NCBI GenBank assembly: GCA_045543015.1 | Contig: JAZQLY010000031.1 | Span: forward strand, 1,565 to 65,564 | Source: Eubacteriales bacterium | GTDB taxonomy: Bacteria > Bacillota > Clostridia > Oscillospirales > CAG-272 | Reading direction: 5' to 3' | DNA length: 64,000 nucleotides | In this document: positions 1 through 10,262 of the stretch, in pieces | How positions within the stretch are numbered: position 1 is the first letter of the stretch | Layout of the letters: each line of letters opens with the position of its first letter | Made by a program: the position numbers and the translations under genes | Notes under the pieces: model-generated | What the model saw: only the letters and a program-made list of their open reading frames with translations | Databases searched by the model: none | Told to the model about the DNA's origin: nothing

Positions 1-1246
1 GCTTGCCATCACGGTGCGTGAGCGGCGGCCGCTTGACCGCCCTGATCTGACCGCGCGCGGCGTGCGCCTGGTCACGGGTGATGGATACCTTGACGGCATG
101 GACGAGGATATCCTGTTCCGCTCTCCCGGGCTGCGGCCTGATCTACCCCCCATTCAGCGGGCGGTAGAAAACGGCGCGATCCTTTCGGGCGAATACGATC
201 TGTTTGCTGCGCTTTGCCCCGCCACCCTGCTTGGTGTGACCGGCAGCGATGGGAAAACGACGACCACCACCATCGCCGGACTGATGCTGCAGCAGGCCAA
301 GCGCACGGTCTACGTGGGTGGCAATATCGGACGGCCGCTGATCGGCGATCTGCCCGCTATGCGTGAAAAAGACATTGCGCTTTGCGAGCTTTCCAGCTTT
401 CAATTGATGACGCACCCGCGCCCGCCGCACCGCGCCGCCATCACCAACCTGACGGAAAACCATCTGAACTGGCACCGCGACATGGCAGAATACGCCGCCG
501 CCAAGGAGCATATCCTCGGCCCGGCCACACACGCCGTGCTGCATGCCGATAACCCTTACACGGCAAGCATCGCCCGCCGCCGGGCGGACAAAACGATTTT
601 TTCCGCCACCCGTGCAAGGCGCGATCTTTTGGCGGAATTTGGTACCTGCCATACGGTAACGGTGGAAAACGGAGAAGTGGCCTACGACGGTCGCCCCCTG
701 TTCCCCGCGTCGGACATCCGCCTGCCGGGCAGGCACAATGTAGAGAATTATCTGGCCGCCATCGGCTTGGTCTATCCGTACACCGGACGTGAGGCCATGC
801 AGGCGGTCGCGCGTAGCTTTGCCGGGGTGCGCCACCGCATAGAGCATATCGGCACGGTAAACGGCGTGGCCTATTATAACAGCTCGATCGATTCTACCCC
901 CTCGCGCACGGCGGCTACGCTGGCGGCGCTTGACCGGCGCGTGATCGTTTTATGCGGCGGGGCCGGCAAGGGGCTTTCCCTTTTGCCGCTGCGGCAGGCG
1001 CTTGTGCGGTATGCAAAGGCCGTCTTTCTGTTTGGTGCAGCCGCAAAAGAGCTTCACGCAGCGCTGGCAGACAGCGGCATTCCGCAAACGGTATGCACCC
1101 ACATGCATGAGGCTGCCGTGCTTGCCAAGGCCTGTGCGGGGCCGGGTGACACCGTTCTGCTTTCCCCCGCTTGCACCAGCTTTGATGAATTTGAAAATTT
1201 TGAAGAACGCGGTCTGGCCTTTTGCCGCGCGATCTTGGATGAATAA
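1..1246 (+). CDS. murD: UDP-N-acetylmuramoylalanine--D-glutamate ligase MurD, 5' end cut by window edge
   Basis: Frame open from nt 2; Mur-ligase P-loop GVTGSDGKTTTT; C-terminal SPACTSFDEFENFEERG typical of MurD; only ~75 aa precede the P-loop so roughly 35-40 aa lie upstream of the window. Confidence 0.9.
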   Translation, partial: LAITVRERRPLDRPDLTARGVRLVTGDGYLDGMDEDILFRSPGLRPDLPPIQRAVENGAILSGEYDLFAALCPATLLGVTGSDGKTTTTTIAGLMLQQAKRTVYVGGNIGRPLIGDLPAMREKDIALCELSSFQLMTHPRPPHRAAITNLTENHLNWHRDMAEYAAAKEHILGPATHAVLHADNPYTASIARRRADKTIFSATRARRDLLAEFGTCHTVTVENGEVAYDGRPLFPASDIRLPGRHNVENYLAAIGLVYPYTGREAMQAVARSFAGVRHRIEHIGTVNGVAYYNSSIDSTPSRTAATLAALDRRVIVLCGGAGKGLSLLPLRQALVRYAKAVFLFGAAAKELHAALADSGIPQTVCTHMHEAAVLAKACAGPGDTVLLSPACTSFDEFENFEERGLAFCRAILDE

Positions 1247-1263
1247 CAACAAGGAGAATAAAC

Positions 1264-2334
1264 ATGAACCGCAACGAAAAGACAACAAAAGGCATCCTCT
1301 CAACGGCGCTGCTGCTTTGCCTTGCCCTGTGCATGCTTTTTACCGGATGTGCAGCACCAGAGGAGGCAGGAGGTGTGCCGATCCCACAGGGGATGAAGGA
1401 TGCAACGGGCGAGGGGGTTGGCTATTACCTGTTCCTGCCCGATGATTGGAAGGTAGATCACTCCACCGGCGTGACCATTGCCACCTATGCAACCGCGCGC
1501 ATTATATTTTCCTCCTTCAACTCCAAGCGTGAGCCGGCAGAATACTGGAACGCCTCCCGCGAGGAAACTGAGGAAATGTTTACCGAGTTCCATATGGACG
1601 AGGATGCCGCCAAAACGCTGCTTGGCAAAAACGCCGCGCTGCGCTACAAATTCTCCGGCATTTTGTATGACGGAGACGGGGACGGCGAAAAGGACAAGTA
1701 CGGCGTGACGCAGTACGTCAGCAAGCGGAACGGAAAAATGTACGTGCTGACCTACATGGCCCCCTTTGAAAAGGACTATGAGCAGTACACCGCCGTGGTA
1801 GAGACCGTTGTTGCCAATTTCCTGTTCACGGAGGAAGAGGCGACCGGCACGCCTGCCTCCCCGACCGATACCGATAGCACGGTCAACGGTGGGGTCAAGG
1901 ATATTGCCGACCCTGCCATTCACGATTTTCACCTGTACGTTCCCGCCTCGTGGGTGACCGACCTGCAAAACGGCACGGTCAGCGCCTACGTCTCGGAGGA
2001 GAACCGCACAAGCATCTCTCTTGTCAGAAATTACCCCACCGCAGCCAATACCCTGCCCGAGTATTTTGAAAATCTGGAAAAGGAATACCGGGAGCAGCTT
2101 TCCGACTACCAGCTGGTGAAAAAGGAAGAAAGGCGCAAGGCAAGCACAGCAGAGATCGACAGCCTGCGCTATGAGTTTACCGCAACCAAGGGCGGCACCT
2201 CTTACCGCTTTATGCAGGAGCTTTTCGTCAAGGGCTCTTACGTGTACACCTTTACCTACACCGCAGCCGAGGAGCGGTACGCGCACCACCTGGACGAGGC
2301 GAATGCCATGATCGCGGGGATCGCATTTGACTGA
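1264..2334 (+). CDS. putative lipoprotein of unknown function with two internally similar halves
   Basis: RBS AAGGAGAA 5 nt upstream; signal peptide ending in lipobox LFTG|C; repeated YYLFLPDDWKV / FHLYVPASWVT segments suggest a duplicated beta-rich domain. Confidence 0.7.
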   Translation: MNRNEKTTKGILSTALLLCLALCMLFTGCAAPEEAGGVPIPQGMKDATGEGVGYYLFLPDDWKVDHSTGVTIATYATARIIFSSFNSKREPAEYWNASREETEEMFTEFHMDEDAAKTLLGKNAALRYKFSGILYDGDGDGEKDKYGVTQYVSKRNGKMYVLTYMAPFEKDYEQYTAVVETVVANFLFTEEEATGTPASPTDTDSTVNGGVKDIADPAIHDFHLYVPASWVTDLQNGTVSAYVSEENRTSISLVRNYPTAANTLPEYFENLEKEYREQLSDYQLVKKEERRKASTAEIDSLRYEFTATKGGTSYRFMQELFVKGSYVYTFTYTAAEERYAHHLDEANAMIAGIAFD

Positions 2335-2335
2335 T

Positions 2336-3502
2336 ATGAACGAGATCTATTTTGACAACAGTGCTACGACCAAAATGTGCGAGGCAGCGCAAAAGCGCTT
2401 CCTTGCCGTGCAGGAGGAATGCTGGGGCAACCCCTCCTCGCTCCACGGGGCCGGCCTGCGTGCCGCACACGCGCTGGACGAGGGCAGACGCGCCGTGATG
2501 GCCGCGCTTTCCGCGCGTGACGGGCAGCTGATCTTTACCGCCGGCGGCAGCGAGGCAAACAACCTTGCCGTTTTTGGCCGCGCCTACGCCAAGGAGCGGT
2601 ATCGCCGCGGCGCACGCATCATCACCACGGCGGGTGAGCACGCCTCTCTTGCGCGGCCGCTTGGCCGACTGAAGGCCGAGGGGTACGAGGTGATCGAGAT
2701 CCCCACGCGGGGCGGCGTGCTGGACATGGCCGCGCTGGAGGAGGCGCTCACCAAAAACACCGTGCTGGTCAGCATGATGCTGGTCAACAACGAAACGGGG
2801 GCGTTATACGATCTGAAAACGGCGGCACGTCTGACGCACGCATTGGCGCCGGAGGCCGTTTTTCATACCGATGCAACACAGGCGTTTATGAAGGTGCCGC
2901 TCTCCCCGCGGGACGGCTATGATATGATCACCGTCAGCGCACACAAGATCGAGGGGCCAAAGGGCGTGGGGGCCTTATGGGTCAGCCCTGCCATCATCAA
3001 GAACAAGGGGCTCTCCCCCCTGGTGCTGGGCGGTGGGCAAGAGGGCGGCCTGCGCTCCGGCACCGAGAACGTAGCCGGCTGCGCCGCCTTTGGCGAGGCC
3101 TGCACCTACGCAAAGGAAAGCTTCCCTGCCCGTACAGCACAGCTCGCTGCCCTGCAAGGCACCCTGCTTGCGCGTCTTTCAGAAAACGAAGACCTGCGTG
3201 AGGTAAAGGTCAATCTGCCGCCCGTCCGCGCGCCGCACATCGTCAGTCTGACGATGCCGCACATCAAGAGCGAGACGGTGCTGCACTTCCTTTCCGGGCT
3301 TGGCATTTACGTTTCCAGCGGCTCTGCCTGCTCCTCGCACGGGCGGCACGGCTCGCCGCCGCTGCTTGCCTTCGGCCTGGAGGAAAAAGAGGTAGATTGC
3401 ACCGTTCGCGTCAGCTTCTCCCACCATAACACCGAGGAGGAGATCGACCTCTTCCTTGCCGCGCTGGCAAAAGGCGTCAAGAACCTGGCAAGAATACGAT
3501 AA
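2336..3502 (+). CDS. cysteine desulfurase (class V aminotransferase, NifS/IscS-like)
   Basis: PLP-lysine motif SAHKIEGPKG, GSACSS active-site cysteine loop, N-terminal IYFDNSATT; ATG at 2336 preferred over the TTG at 2327 used by the ORF track. Confidence 0.85.
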   Translation: MNEIYFDNSATTKMCEAAQKRFLAVQEECWGNPSSLHGAGLRAAHALDEGRRAVMAALSARDGQLIFTAGGSEANNLAVFGRAYAKERYRRGARIITTAGEHASLARPLGRLKAEGYEVIEIPTRGGVLDMAALEEALTKNTVLVSMMLVNNETGALYDLKTAARLTHALAPEAVFHTDATQAFMKVPLSPRDGYDMITVSAHKIEGPKGVGALWVSPAIIKNKGLSPLVLGGGQEGGLRSGTENVAGCAAFGEACTYAKESFPARTAQLAALQGTLLARLSENEDLREVKVNLPPVRAPHIVSLTMPHIKSETVLHFLSGLGIYVSSGSACSSHGRHGSPPLLAFGLEEKEVDCTVRVSFSHHNTEEEIDLFLAALAKGVKNLARIR

Positions 3503-3527
3503 AAAAAGGGGCAACGCCCCTTTTTTT
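3501..3527. terminator. bidirectional intrinsic terminator
   Basis: A7-GGGGC-aac-GCCCC-T7 between convergent genes. Confidence 0.8.
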
Positions 3528-3582
3528 ATGGAAAGGATGGACTCGGCACAGCACAAATCCATCCCCGCACAGAAAAAAACGC

Positions 3583-3780
3583 TCAATACTGCTCGGTCGC
3601 GTTCCACTCTTCCGATAGCGACATCACGATCAGCTGCATATCCGCGCGTGACCTTGCCCGCCGAGCCCGTGAGAGAACAGCCTCCTGCTCTCTGTCACCC
3701 ATATGGGCAAACGATTGCATAGCTCGCTTATCCTGCGCTAAGGCAGCCATAAAACCAAGCGGCAGATCGGTGTTCATCAT
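3583..3780 (-). CDS. small hypothetical protein (65 aa)
   Basis: ORF with plausible composition, ends just before shared terminator; no recognisable motif. Confidence 0.4.
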   Translation of the reverse strand: MMNTDLPLGFMAALAQDKRAMQSFAHMGDREQEAVLSRARRARSRADMQLIVMSLSEEWNATEQY

Positions 3781-3888
3781 GCGTGGTGTTTTTTCCTTTA
3801 CCGTGCGTATTGGATACGCCCCACGCCATACGCGATCATGCCTTGGTGTGTTTCGTATCTGTTTCTATTGTACCCATCCTGCAGGCGG

Positions 3889-4308
3889 TTATACAGCGGC
3901 GCGAAAAATTTCTTCACGGATATCGGCCGCCTCCCAAACGCGGTCAAACAAAAAGGTCAGCAGGTAAGAAAAGCCGCACCACAACAGGAAATACCGCAGC
4001 GAGACCTGCCCCATGATATGAAACGAAAGGCCGGAATAATCCCATATCGCCAAGCCAAGAAGCAGGTTGAACACCACGCCAAACAAAAATTCCACCGTGC
4101 AGATCAATCCACCGCCGATCAGCGCGCGCACCGGCCGCGCAAGCGCGGGAAACAGGCCGTTCAGAAACAGCAGCAGCACCGTGCAAGCACCGCCTGCCAA
4201 GGCCATTGACCAATGGCTGTGCCCGCGCCACAGCAGCTCAATGACCGGATAAATGACCGCCCCGCATAAAAACCAGAATACCGTTTTCTTCCATACAACT
4301 TTTCCCAT
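3889..4308 (-). CDS. small polytopic membrane protein (resembles the putative ABC-transporter type IV / CmpB-like family)
   Basis: 139 aa, 4 predicted TM helices, N-terminal WFLCGAVIYPVIELLWRG motif. Confidence 0.55.
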   Translation of the reverse strand: MGKVVWKKTVFWFLCGAVIYPVIELLWRGHSHWSMALAGGACTVLLLFLNGLFPALARPVRALIGGGLICTVEFLFGVVFNLLLGLAIWDYSGLSFHIMGQVSLRYFLLWCGFSYLLTFLFDRVWEAADIREEIFRAAV

Positions 4309-4437
4309 GATCTTCCCTCCCGGAAGCAGTATGCCCGGCTACAGGACGATTTTTACAACAAAACGAAAAAAGCCACTTGCAAAGCGGTAAAAAAACCTGT
4401 ATAATAGAGGTAACAAATCAGGAAAGGATTTTTTTCC

Positions 4438-5406
4438 ATGAAATTAAGCGTATTGACCAACCTGTTTGCCGATATGCCCTTGGATGAGGCACTTGCAAAA
4501 TTTCAAAAGCTGGGGATCGAGAGCGTCGAGATCGGCTGCGGCGGCTACCCCGGCAAGGCGCACTGCGACCCGGAAAAGCTGCTCGCTGACCCGGCGGCAT
4601 TAGAGGCATTCAAGGCCTCCTTTGCCAAATACGGCATTGAGATCTGTGCCCTTTCTACCCACGGCAACGCCGTTCACCCGAACAAGGAGATCGCTGCACA
4701 GTTTGACCGTGATTTCAAGAACGCCGTTCTGCTGGCAGAAAAGCTGGGCATCCGCACGGTGATCACCTTCTCCGGCTGCCCGGGTGGCTCCCCGGCTGAC
4801 ACCACCCCCAACTGGGCGACCTGCGCATGGCCCCCGGATTTTCTTGACGTGCTGGACTACCAGTGGAACGACGTGATCATTCCCTACTGGAAGAAGACGG
4901 CTGCCTTTGCCAAGGAGCACGGCGTTGACCGCATCGCCTTTGAGATGCACCCCGGCTTCTGCGTTTACAATCCCGAAACGCTGCTCCGCCTGCGTGAGGC
5001 AGTTGGCGACGTGATCGGCGCGAACTTTGACCCCTCGCACCTCATCTGGCAGGGCATCGACCCGGTTGCCGCCATCCGCGTGCTGGAGGGGGCGATCTAC
5101 CACTTCCACGCCAAGGATACCAAGATCGACAAGTACAATACCGCCAAGTTTGGCGTGCTGGATACCAAGCACTACAGCGATGAGATCCACCGCTCCTGGA
5201 TCTTCCGCTCGGTTGGCTACGGCAACGGCCTGGACTACTGGCGCGATATGATCAGCAACCTGCGCCTCGTCGGCTATGACGGCGTGCTGAGCATTGAGCA
5301 TGAGGACAGCCTGATGACCACCGAGGAGGGCCTGTGCCACGCCGTACAGTTCCTCAAGGAATCGATCATCCGTGACCCGAAGCCGGGTACGATGAGCTGG
5401 GCATAA
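4438..5406 (+). CDS. sugar phosphate isomerase/epimerase (xylose isomerase-like TIM barrel)
   Basis: 322 aa; FEMHPG, HFHAKD and SIEHED metal-ligand style motifs of the AP-endonuclease-2/xylose-isomerase-like fold; promoter-like TTGCAA-17-TGTATAAT at 4376-4404. Confidence 0.75.
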   Translation: MKLSVLTNLFADMPLDEALAKFQKLGIESVEIGCGGYPGKAHCDPEKLLADPAALEAFKASFAKYGIEICALSTHGNAVHPNKEIAAQFDRDFKNAVLLAEKLGIRTVITFSGCPGGSPADTTPNWATCAWPPDFLDVLDYQWNDVIIPYWKKTAAFAKEHGVDRIAFEMHPGFCVYNPETLLRLREAVGDVIGANFDPSHLIWQGIDPVAAIRVLEGAIYHFHAKDTKIDKYNTAKFGVLDTKHYSDEIHRSWIFRSVGYGNGLDYWRDMISNLRLVGYDGVLSIEHEDSLMTTEEGLCHAVQFLKESIIRDPKPGTMSWA

Positions 5407-5420
5407 AGAATTTTTTAAGA

Positions 5421-5465
5421 AAAAAAGAAGAGCCTGGACGAACGTCCAGGCTCTTCTTTTTTTCG
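5421..5465. terminator. bidirectional intrinsic terminator
   Basis: GAAGAGCCTGGACG-aa-CGTCCAGGCTCTTC flanked by A-run and T-run, between convergent genes. Confidence 0.85.
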
Positions 5466-5475
5466 CTGCGCCGGG

Positions 5476-6858
5476 TTACACCGCGCGCGTGCGGCCGCGG
5501 CGGTAGCGGGTATAAACAACGGTAAACATGACGAGATTGACCAGCATGGTCAAGATCCAGGAGCAGACAAAGCAGAAATACAGGCTCTCGATGATCAGGA
5601 AGTGGGGGTAGATCCACGCCATCCACACCACGCGGAAGCCAAGCACGGTGATAAGCGAGGTGATCATCGGCAAAAACGTATAGCCGAAGGCTTGCGTGGA
5701 GGAATTGATCACGCTGCTGATCGCAGGGATGAAATACATAGAGAGCAGGAATTGCATGCGTATGTAGCCGTATTTGATCGCCTCGGCATCCCCCGGGGTG
5801 AAGATGGCAAGAATATCCCGGCCAAAGAACAGAACGCCGTACCCAAGCACCAGGCAGGAAACAACGCCGATCACCACGCAGATCAGGATGCTTTTTCGCA
5901 CGCGGTCACGGTTGCCCGCGCCAACGTTCTGACCGACAAAGGCCACCGTAGCGGCACCAAGCGCACCGGTCACGCTGTTGAGAATGCCCTCTACGTTGGT
6001 AGAGGTCGTATTGCCGGCAACGGCACCGGTGCCGAAGCTGTTGATGGCCGATTGGATCTGCAGATTGGCCAGGCTGTACAGCGAGGCGTTAAGCGCCACG
6101 GGAAAGCCAAGGCGCAGCACCCGCCCCAGGATAGAGGGGGAAAACTGCAGCTGTCGCAGGTCAAGATGGCACTCCCCTTCTGTATGCATCAGGCGAAGGA
6201 CCACCAGCACCGCGCCAAGCACCTGTGAGGCAAGAGTGGCAATGGCCACGGCCGCAACCTTCTGCGGCAGAAGGAGGCAGAGGATAATATTCAGCCCGAC
6301 GTTGAGAAGGCCGGAAAGGATCAGATACAGCAGCGGGCTGCTGGTATCCCCATTGACGCGCAGAATACCTGCGCCGAAGTTATAGACCATAATGGCAGGG
6401 ATGGACGAAAAATAGATGCGCAGATAAAGCGCCGCACCCGAAAAGCACTCGGTCGGGCAATCGATCAGATCCAGCATCGGGTCCACCAGCGCAATGCCGA
6501 CGACCGTCAGCAAGAGCCCGATAAAGAAGGAGGACACCATAGAGGTGCCGACCGTGGCACGCGCCTGCCGCTCATCCCGCATGCCGATAAAGCGGGCCAG
6601 CATAATGGTGCAGCCGGAGGAAAGGCCGACAAAGGAATTGACGATCAGGCCGACGATCGATGCCGTGACGCCAACGGCGGCAACGGCCACACCGTCTGCC
6701 ATGTTGCCAAGCACGGCAATATCTGCCGCGTTGAACAGCACCTGGATCAGGCTGCCGATCACAACGGGAATGCTGTATTTCAAGATCGAGGATATCAGCG
6801 GGCCGCCCGTGACGTCTACCGTTTGGCCAAATAATCGTTTCATCTTTTCGCCTTTCAT
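5476..6858 (-). CDS. MATE family efflux transporter
   Basis: 460 aa, ~12 TM, N-terminal GPLISSILKYSIPVVIGSLIQVLFNAADIAVLG typical of MATE/NorM proteins. Confidence 0.85.
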   Translation of the reverse strand: MKGEKMKRLFGQTVDVTGGPLISSILKYSIPVVIGSLIQVLFNAADIAVLGNMADGVAVAAVGVTASIVGLIVNSFVGLSSGCTIMLARFIGMRDERQARATVGTSMVSSFFIGLLLTVVGIALVDPMLDLIDCPTECFSGAALYLRIYFSSIPAIMVYNFGAGILRVNGDTSSPLLYLILSGLLNVGLNIILCLLLPQKVAAVAIATLASQVLGAVLVVLRLMHTEGECHLDLRQLQFSPSILGRVLRLGFPVALNASLYSLANLQIQSAINSFGTGAVAGNTTSTNVEGILNSVTGALGAATVAFVGQNVGAGNRDRVRKSILICVVIGVVSCLVLGYGVLFFGRDILAIFTPGDAEAIKYGYIRMQFLLSMYFIPAISSVINSSTQAFGYTFLPMITSLITVLGFRVVWMAWIYPHFLIIESLYFCFVCSWILTMLVNLVMFTVVYTRYRRGRTRAV

Positions 6859-6922
6859 TTTTCAAGAGGTTTACACCTCACCCATTATGACACAAATGGC
6901 AGGAAAAGTCAAGCGGAAAATG

Positions 6923-6955
6923 AAAAAAGCAGCCGCGAGGACCCCTCGCGGCTGC
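6923..6955 (-). terminator. terminator of the spoIIIA operon
   Basis: GCAGCCGCGAGG-ggt-CCTCGCGGCTGC followed by T6 on the minus strand. Confidence 0.8.
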
Positions 6956-6961
6956 TGGTAT

Positions 6962-7537
6962 TTACGCCTCTTTGGCCTTTTCGATAATGGTCACGCCGGC
7001 GGGCTTGATGCCGGTCTCTTTATACACGATCTCCTTGATCTGGGCAACCTGGTTGGGCATCAGCCCCTCGCTTTCCACGATCACGCTGATCTGGTCTCCG
7101 CTCTTGACGGCAACGCACTGGGCAAAGCCCTTTGCCTTTACCAGCGTTTCAATATTGGCCTCCTGCTCCATATCCAGCGCGATGCGCGAGATATCCGAAA
7201 GGGCGGTATCCTTGGTCTCCTGCAGGGCATCCTCACTCTCTACCACCGTTTTGAGCACGTCAAGCGCCTCGTCGCGTGCCTTCTCACGGCTGAGCTGGGC
7301 AGAGGTGAAGTAGGATTCGCTGACGGTTCCGCCCGTGCCGGCGCTGTTTTGACCGTCCTGGTACTGATCCTGCATGTTGTTATCACCGTAGCCGATCGAA
7401 GACATGGGGTCATAGAACCAGATGTAATTGAGATAGACGGCAACTGCTACCAGCAGCACCGCGCCGATGATGATCCAGTTCCGTTTGCCGATCTTTGCGA
7501 TAATTCCCTGTTTGCCGAAAATTTTGCCGTTTGACAT
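6962..7537 (-). CDS. spoIIIAH: stage III sporulation protein AH
   Basis: Last gene of AA-AH series; N-terminal TM then Q/E-rich linker and YscJ/FliF-like C-terminal domain; ATG 7537 with RBS GGAGGAAAA (track ORF start 7681 is an upstream extension). Confidence 0.8.
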   Translation of the reverse strand: MSNGKIFGKQGIIAKIGKRNWIIIGAVLLVAVAVYLNYIWFYDPMSSIGYGDNNMQDQYQDGQNSAGTGGTVSESYFTSAQLSREKARDEALDVLKTVVESEDALQETKDTALSDISRIALDMEQEANIETLVKAKGFAQCVAVKSGDQISVIVESEGLMPNQVAQIKEIVYKETGIKPAGVTIIEKAKEA

Positions 7538-7605
7538 ATGCGTTTTCCTCCGGTATTTCTTTTTTTCATGTGTTTTATTATATGCGCCCCCTGTGGGCAA
7601 TATGA

Positions 7606-8091
7606 CTAACCGTAGGAGATATAGATCCGATTGCTGCCAATGCCGAGCGTAGCCGAGAGCAGCGCCGTCAATTCCCGGCACACGGACGGGTCCTTACCGC
7701 CCTTGCACACCACGCCAACGCCAAGCACGGCGGGAGTCTTGCGGTATAGCAAAAGCCCCTCTCCGCCGGAAAGCACATGGTCGGTGCGGCCGTCTGCCGT
7801 GCTATCCGCCGCGTAGACCGCCTCGCCGCCGCCAGAAAGCGTCAGCAAGAGATGCACCTCCCCTGCCCCCTCTACCCGGCTGCAGAGGGCGACCAGCTCC
7901 TGCGTCAGGGCTGCACGATAGGCCTCGGTGCCGGCAGCCTCATCCTGTGCGCTCTGCGCCGCGTCGGTATTCCCGCCCCTTGCGCCGCTGCCCAGCAGCA
8001 AAAGCAGGATGCCGGCAGCAGCCAGCAGCAGCAAAAGGCCTTTGCCGCGCAGCAGCTTGCCGTATTTTTGGAGACCGCGCTCATCCGCCAT
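7606..8091 (-). CDS. spoIIIAG: stage III sporulation protein AG
   Basis: 161 aa, N-terminal TM, C-terminal ...GVGVVCKGG...LGIGSNRIYISY motif; operon position. Confidence 0.8.
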   Translation of the reverse strand: MADERGLQKYGKLLRGKGLLLLLAAAGILLLLLGSGARGGNTDAAQSAQDEAAGTEAYRAALTQELVALCSRVEGAGEVHLLLTLSGGGEAVYAADSTADGRTDHVLSGGEGLLLYRKTPAVLGVGVVCKGGKDPSVCRELTALLSATLGIGSNRIYISYG

Positions 8092-8557
8092 CCATCATCA
8101 CCTCACAATTCGTTTGATAGGTACGCGCAGCATATTCCTGCACGCTGTAAAGATCCAGCAGCCGTCCCTCTCCGCGCACGGTCAGGTGGAGGGAGGCGAT
8201 CACGATCTCACTCCCGTTCCGCGCAAGCGTCGCCTTTGCGGTAAAGCAGGAGGCCGGCAGGCCGTAATGAGCGGCCAGGTCCTGCGCGATGCCGCTGCCA
8301 ACTGCCGCTTCTGCCGCGGCCTTGGTATCCTCATCTACGGCAATATCCCCCGTCAGGATATCCGGCGGGCGTATGCCGTCCAGCAGGGCAGAAAGGCTGC
8401 CGATATCAGCAAGCGGGCGGCAGATCACGGTCAAAATAAGAAGGGAGATGCCAAACTCCAGCACGCGCTTCATCCGTTCGTTTTTTTCCGGCAGCAGCAG
8501 ACTGGCCAGCACGGCCCCCGCCGCCACCAGGATAAGGGAGCGAAGATATTCCTGCAT
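8081..8557 (-). CDS. spoIIIAF: stage III sporulation protein AF
   Basis: Two N-terminal TM helices, operon position; ATG 8557 overlaps the spoIIIAE stop (TGATG) and has RBS AGGAGG. Confidence 0.75.
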   Translation of the reverse strand: MQEYLRSLILVAAGAVLASLLLPEKNERMKRVLEFGISLLILTVICRPLADIGSLSALLDGIRPPDILTGDIAVDEDTKAAAEAAVGSGIAQDLAAHYGLPASCFTAKATLARNGSEIVIASLHLTVRGEGRLLDLYSVQEYAARTYQTNCEVMMDGG

Positions 8558-9666
8558 CAGGCACCTCCTATGGCCAGGCTGCACCGGGTAAGGATGCCGA
8601 TGATCAGCAAAAACAGCACCGTCCCCACCGCCAGCGCGGCAATAGCAAGATCGTAGACCATGCGAAAATCGGAAAGGATCTTGCCTGCCCGCTCGCTGCC
8701 CAGCATAGTGGAAACGGAGGCGGCCAGGGAAAGAAACAGGCGGTGCAGCAGCAGGCCGATCAGCGTAGGGAGAAGCAATAGCAGGAGCGCGGCGACCGCC
8801 AGCACGCCGACCGTGCTTTTCAATAAGGAAAGCGAGGCAGACAGCGTGCGCAGCGTGCCACCAAGCGAACCGCCCACCACCGGGATCAGATTGCCGACCG
8901 CAAAGCGGAGCGAATGGGCGGCAAGCGAATCAGCCGAGGCAGACAGCGTGCTTTGAAAGCCAAGTGAGGCGGCAAGCAGCAGGGCAACGAAGCCAAGCAG
9001 GGTCAGATAGGTCTGCCGCAGGGAGGTAAAAATGCCGGAAAGGCCCGGCTGCCGCCCGACGGAGGTGATGACGGTAAAGCCAAACAAAACGCGCAGCAGG
9101 GGTAAAAGGACGCCGGCGATCAGATGCTGCAGCACGTAGGAAAAGGCAGTAAAGCCGCCGGCTGCGGCCGTTGCCGTACCGATGCTGCCGCCGGCGGCAA
9201 ACAGTGCACCAAAGACGGGGATCAGCCCGTCCGAAAAGCTTTTCATATCCCCGATGGCCGCCGCCGCGCGGCCGACGTCTGCCTCCGCCACCCGATACAG
9301 CAAAAGGACGAGCAGCACGCCAATGCCACATTCGGCTGCACGGGTGGAGGCCCCCTCCCCCAGTGCATCCTGCAGCCGGCCAAGGGCGGCAAGCAGCAGT
9401 GCGACCCCCAGCACGCGAAAGAAAAAGGAGGAAGAGGCGGCAAGCTCGCTTTTCAGACCGTCTATGACCAACGAAACCAGATATTCTGCCCCCACGAGGG
9501 AGGCGGCCTCCTCTGCCCCGGTCATCTCCCCCAGCGCGCTTTCGATCTCCGGCGGCAGCGCGGCAAAAAAGTCAGAAAACAGCTGCTCCTCCTCCACCGC
9601 CGCGCACGGCAGGGTAAACAGGCAAAGGCATACCGCGAGAAGAAGCAAAATCCGTGCGCCTCTCAT
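8557..9666 (-). CDS. spoIIIAE: stage III sporulation protein AE
   Basis: Signal peptide MRGARILLLLAVCLCLF then ~7 TM; operon position; track ORF start 9819 is an extension overlapping spoIIIAD. Confidence 0.85.
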   Translation of the reverse strand: MRGARILLLLAVCLCLFTLPCAAVEEEQLFSDFFAALPPEIESALGEMTGAEEAASLVGAEYLVSLVIDGLKSELAASSSFFFRVLGVALLLAALGRLQDALGEGASTRAAECGIGVLLVLLLYRVAEADVGRAAAAIGDMKSFSDGLIPVFGALFAAGGSIGTATAAAGGFTAFSYVLQHLIAGVLLPLLRVLFGFTVITSVGRQPGLSGIFTSLRQTYLTLLGFVALLLAASLGFQSTLSASADSLAAHSLRFAVGNLIPVVGGSLGGTLRTLSASLSLLKSTVGVLAVAALLLLLLPTLIGLLLHRLFLSLAASVSTMLGSERAGKILSDFRMVYDLAIAALAVGTVLFLLIIGILTRCSLAIGGA

Positions 9667-10049
9667 GCCGCCACCAGGCCAAGGGCCAACGAAAACAGCT
9701 CTAACAAAAACGGCAGGCAGAGCAGCAGGATCTCCGCGCGGCCGCACATCTCTACCCGCGCGCCAAGCGTGCTTTCCCCCATCTCGCGGCAGACGTCGGC
9801 CGCCAGCGTGGTCAGACACCCGACGGCCAGCATTTTTAACACGGCAGCAAGAGAGGAGCGGATGCCCGCCTCCTCTGCCAGGCGCAGCATGGCCTCGATC
9901 GGCTGCCGATAGCGGTTAAACGCAAAGACCAAAAGCAGAAGCCCGCCCGCAACCGCAACCAGAGGGGCAAGCTTGGCCCCGTTGCTTTTTAAGATCAAGG
10001 AGGCCGCCGCTGCCAAAATGCCAACGCCGCAAAGCTGCAGAACGCTCAA
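9663..10049 (-). CDS. spoIIIAD: stage III sporulation protein AD
   Basis: 128-aa 4-TM protein; TTG start overlapping the spoIIIAC stop (TTGA). Confidence 0.85.
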   Translation of the reverse strand: MSVLQLCGVGILAAAASLILKSNGAKLAPLVAVAGGLLLLVFAFNRYRQPIEAMLRLAEEAGIRSSLAAVLKMLAVGCLTTLAADVCREMGESTLGARVEMCGRAEILLLCLPFLLELFSLALGLVAA

Positions 10050-10240
10050 AGCCCAAACACGCTTTCTACAAGAGAAAACAAGCGACCGATCTCCTCGATC
10101 AGCAGCAGCAGCACCAGCACGATGCCGGCAAGCGAAACGAGCATGGCCTGCTCATCCCGCCCTGCGCGGGAAAGGATCTGCTGCGCAACCGAGACGAGAA
10201 GCCCCACTCCCGCCACCTTCAATACCAGACTGACATCCAT
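10046..10240 (-). CDS. spoIIIAC: stage III sporulation protein AC
   Basis: 64-aa 2-TM protein MDVSLVLKVAGVGLLVSV... Confidence 0.85.
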   Translation of the reverse strand: MDVSLVLKVAGVGLLVSVAQQILSRAGRDEQAMLVSLAGIVLVLLLLIEEIGRLFSLVESVFGL

Positions 10241-10262
10241 CCTTCTTTATGTATCCTTTCAA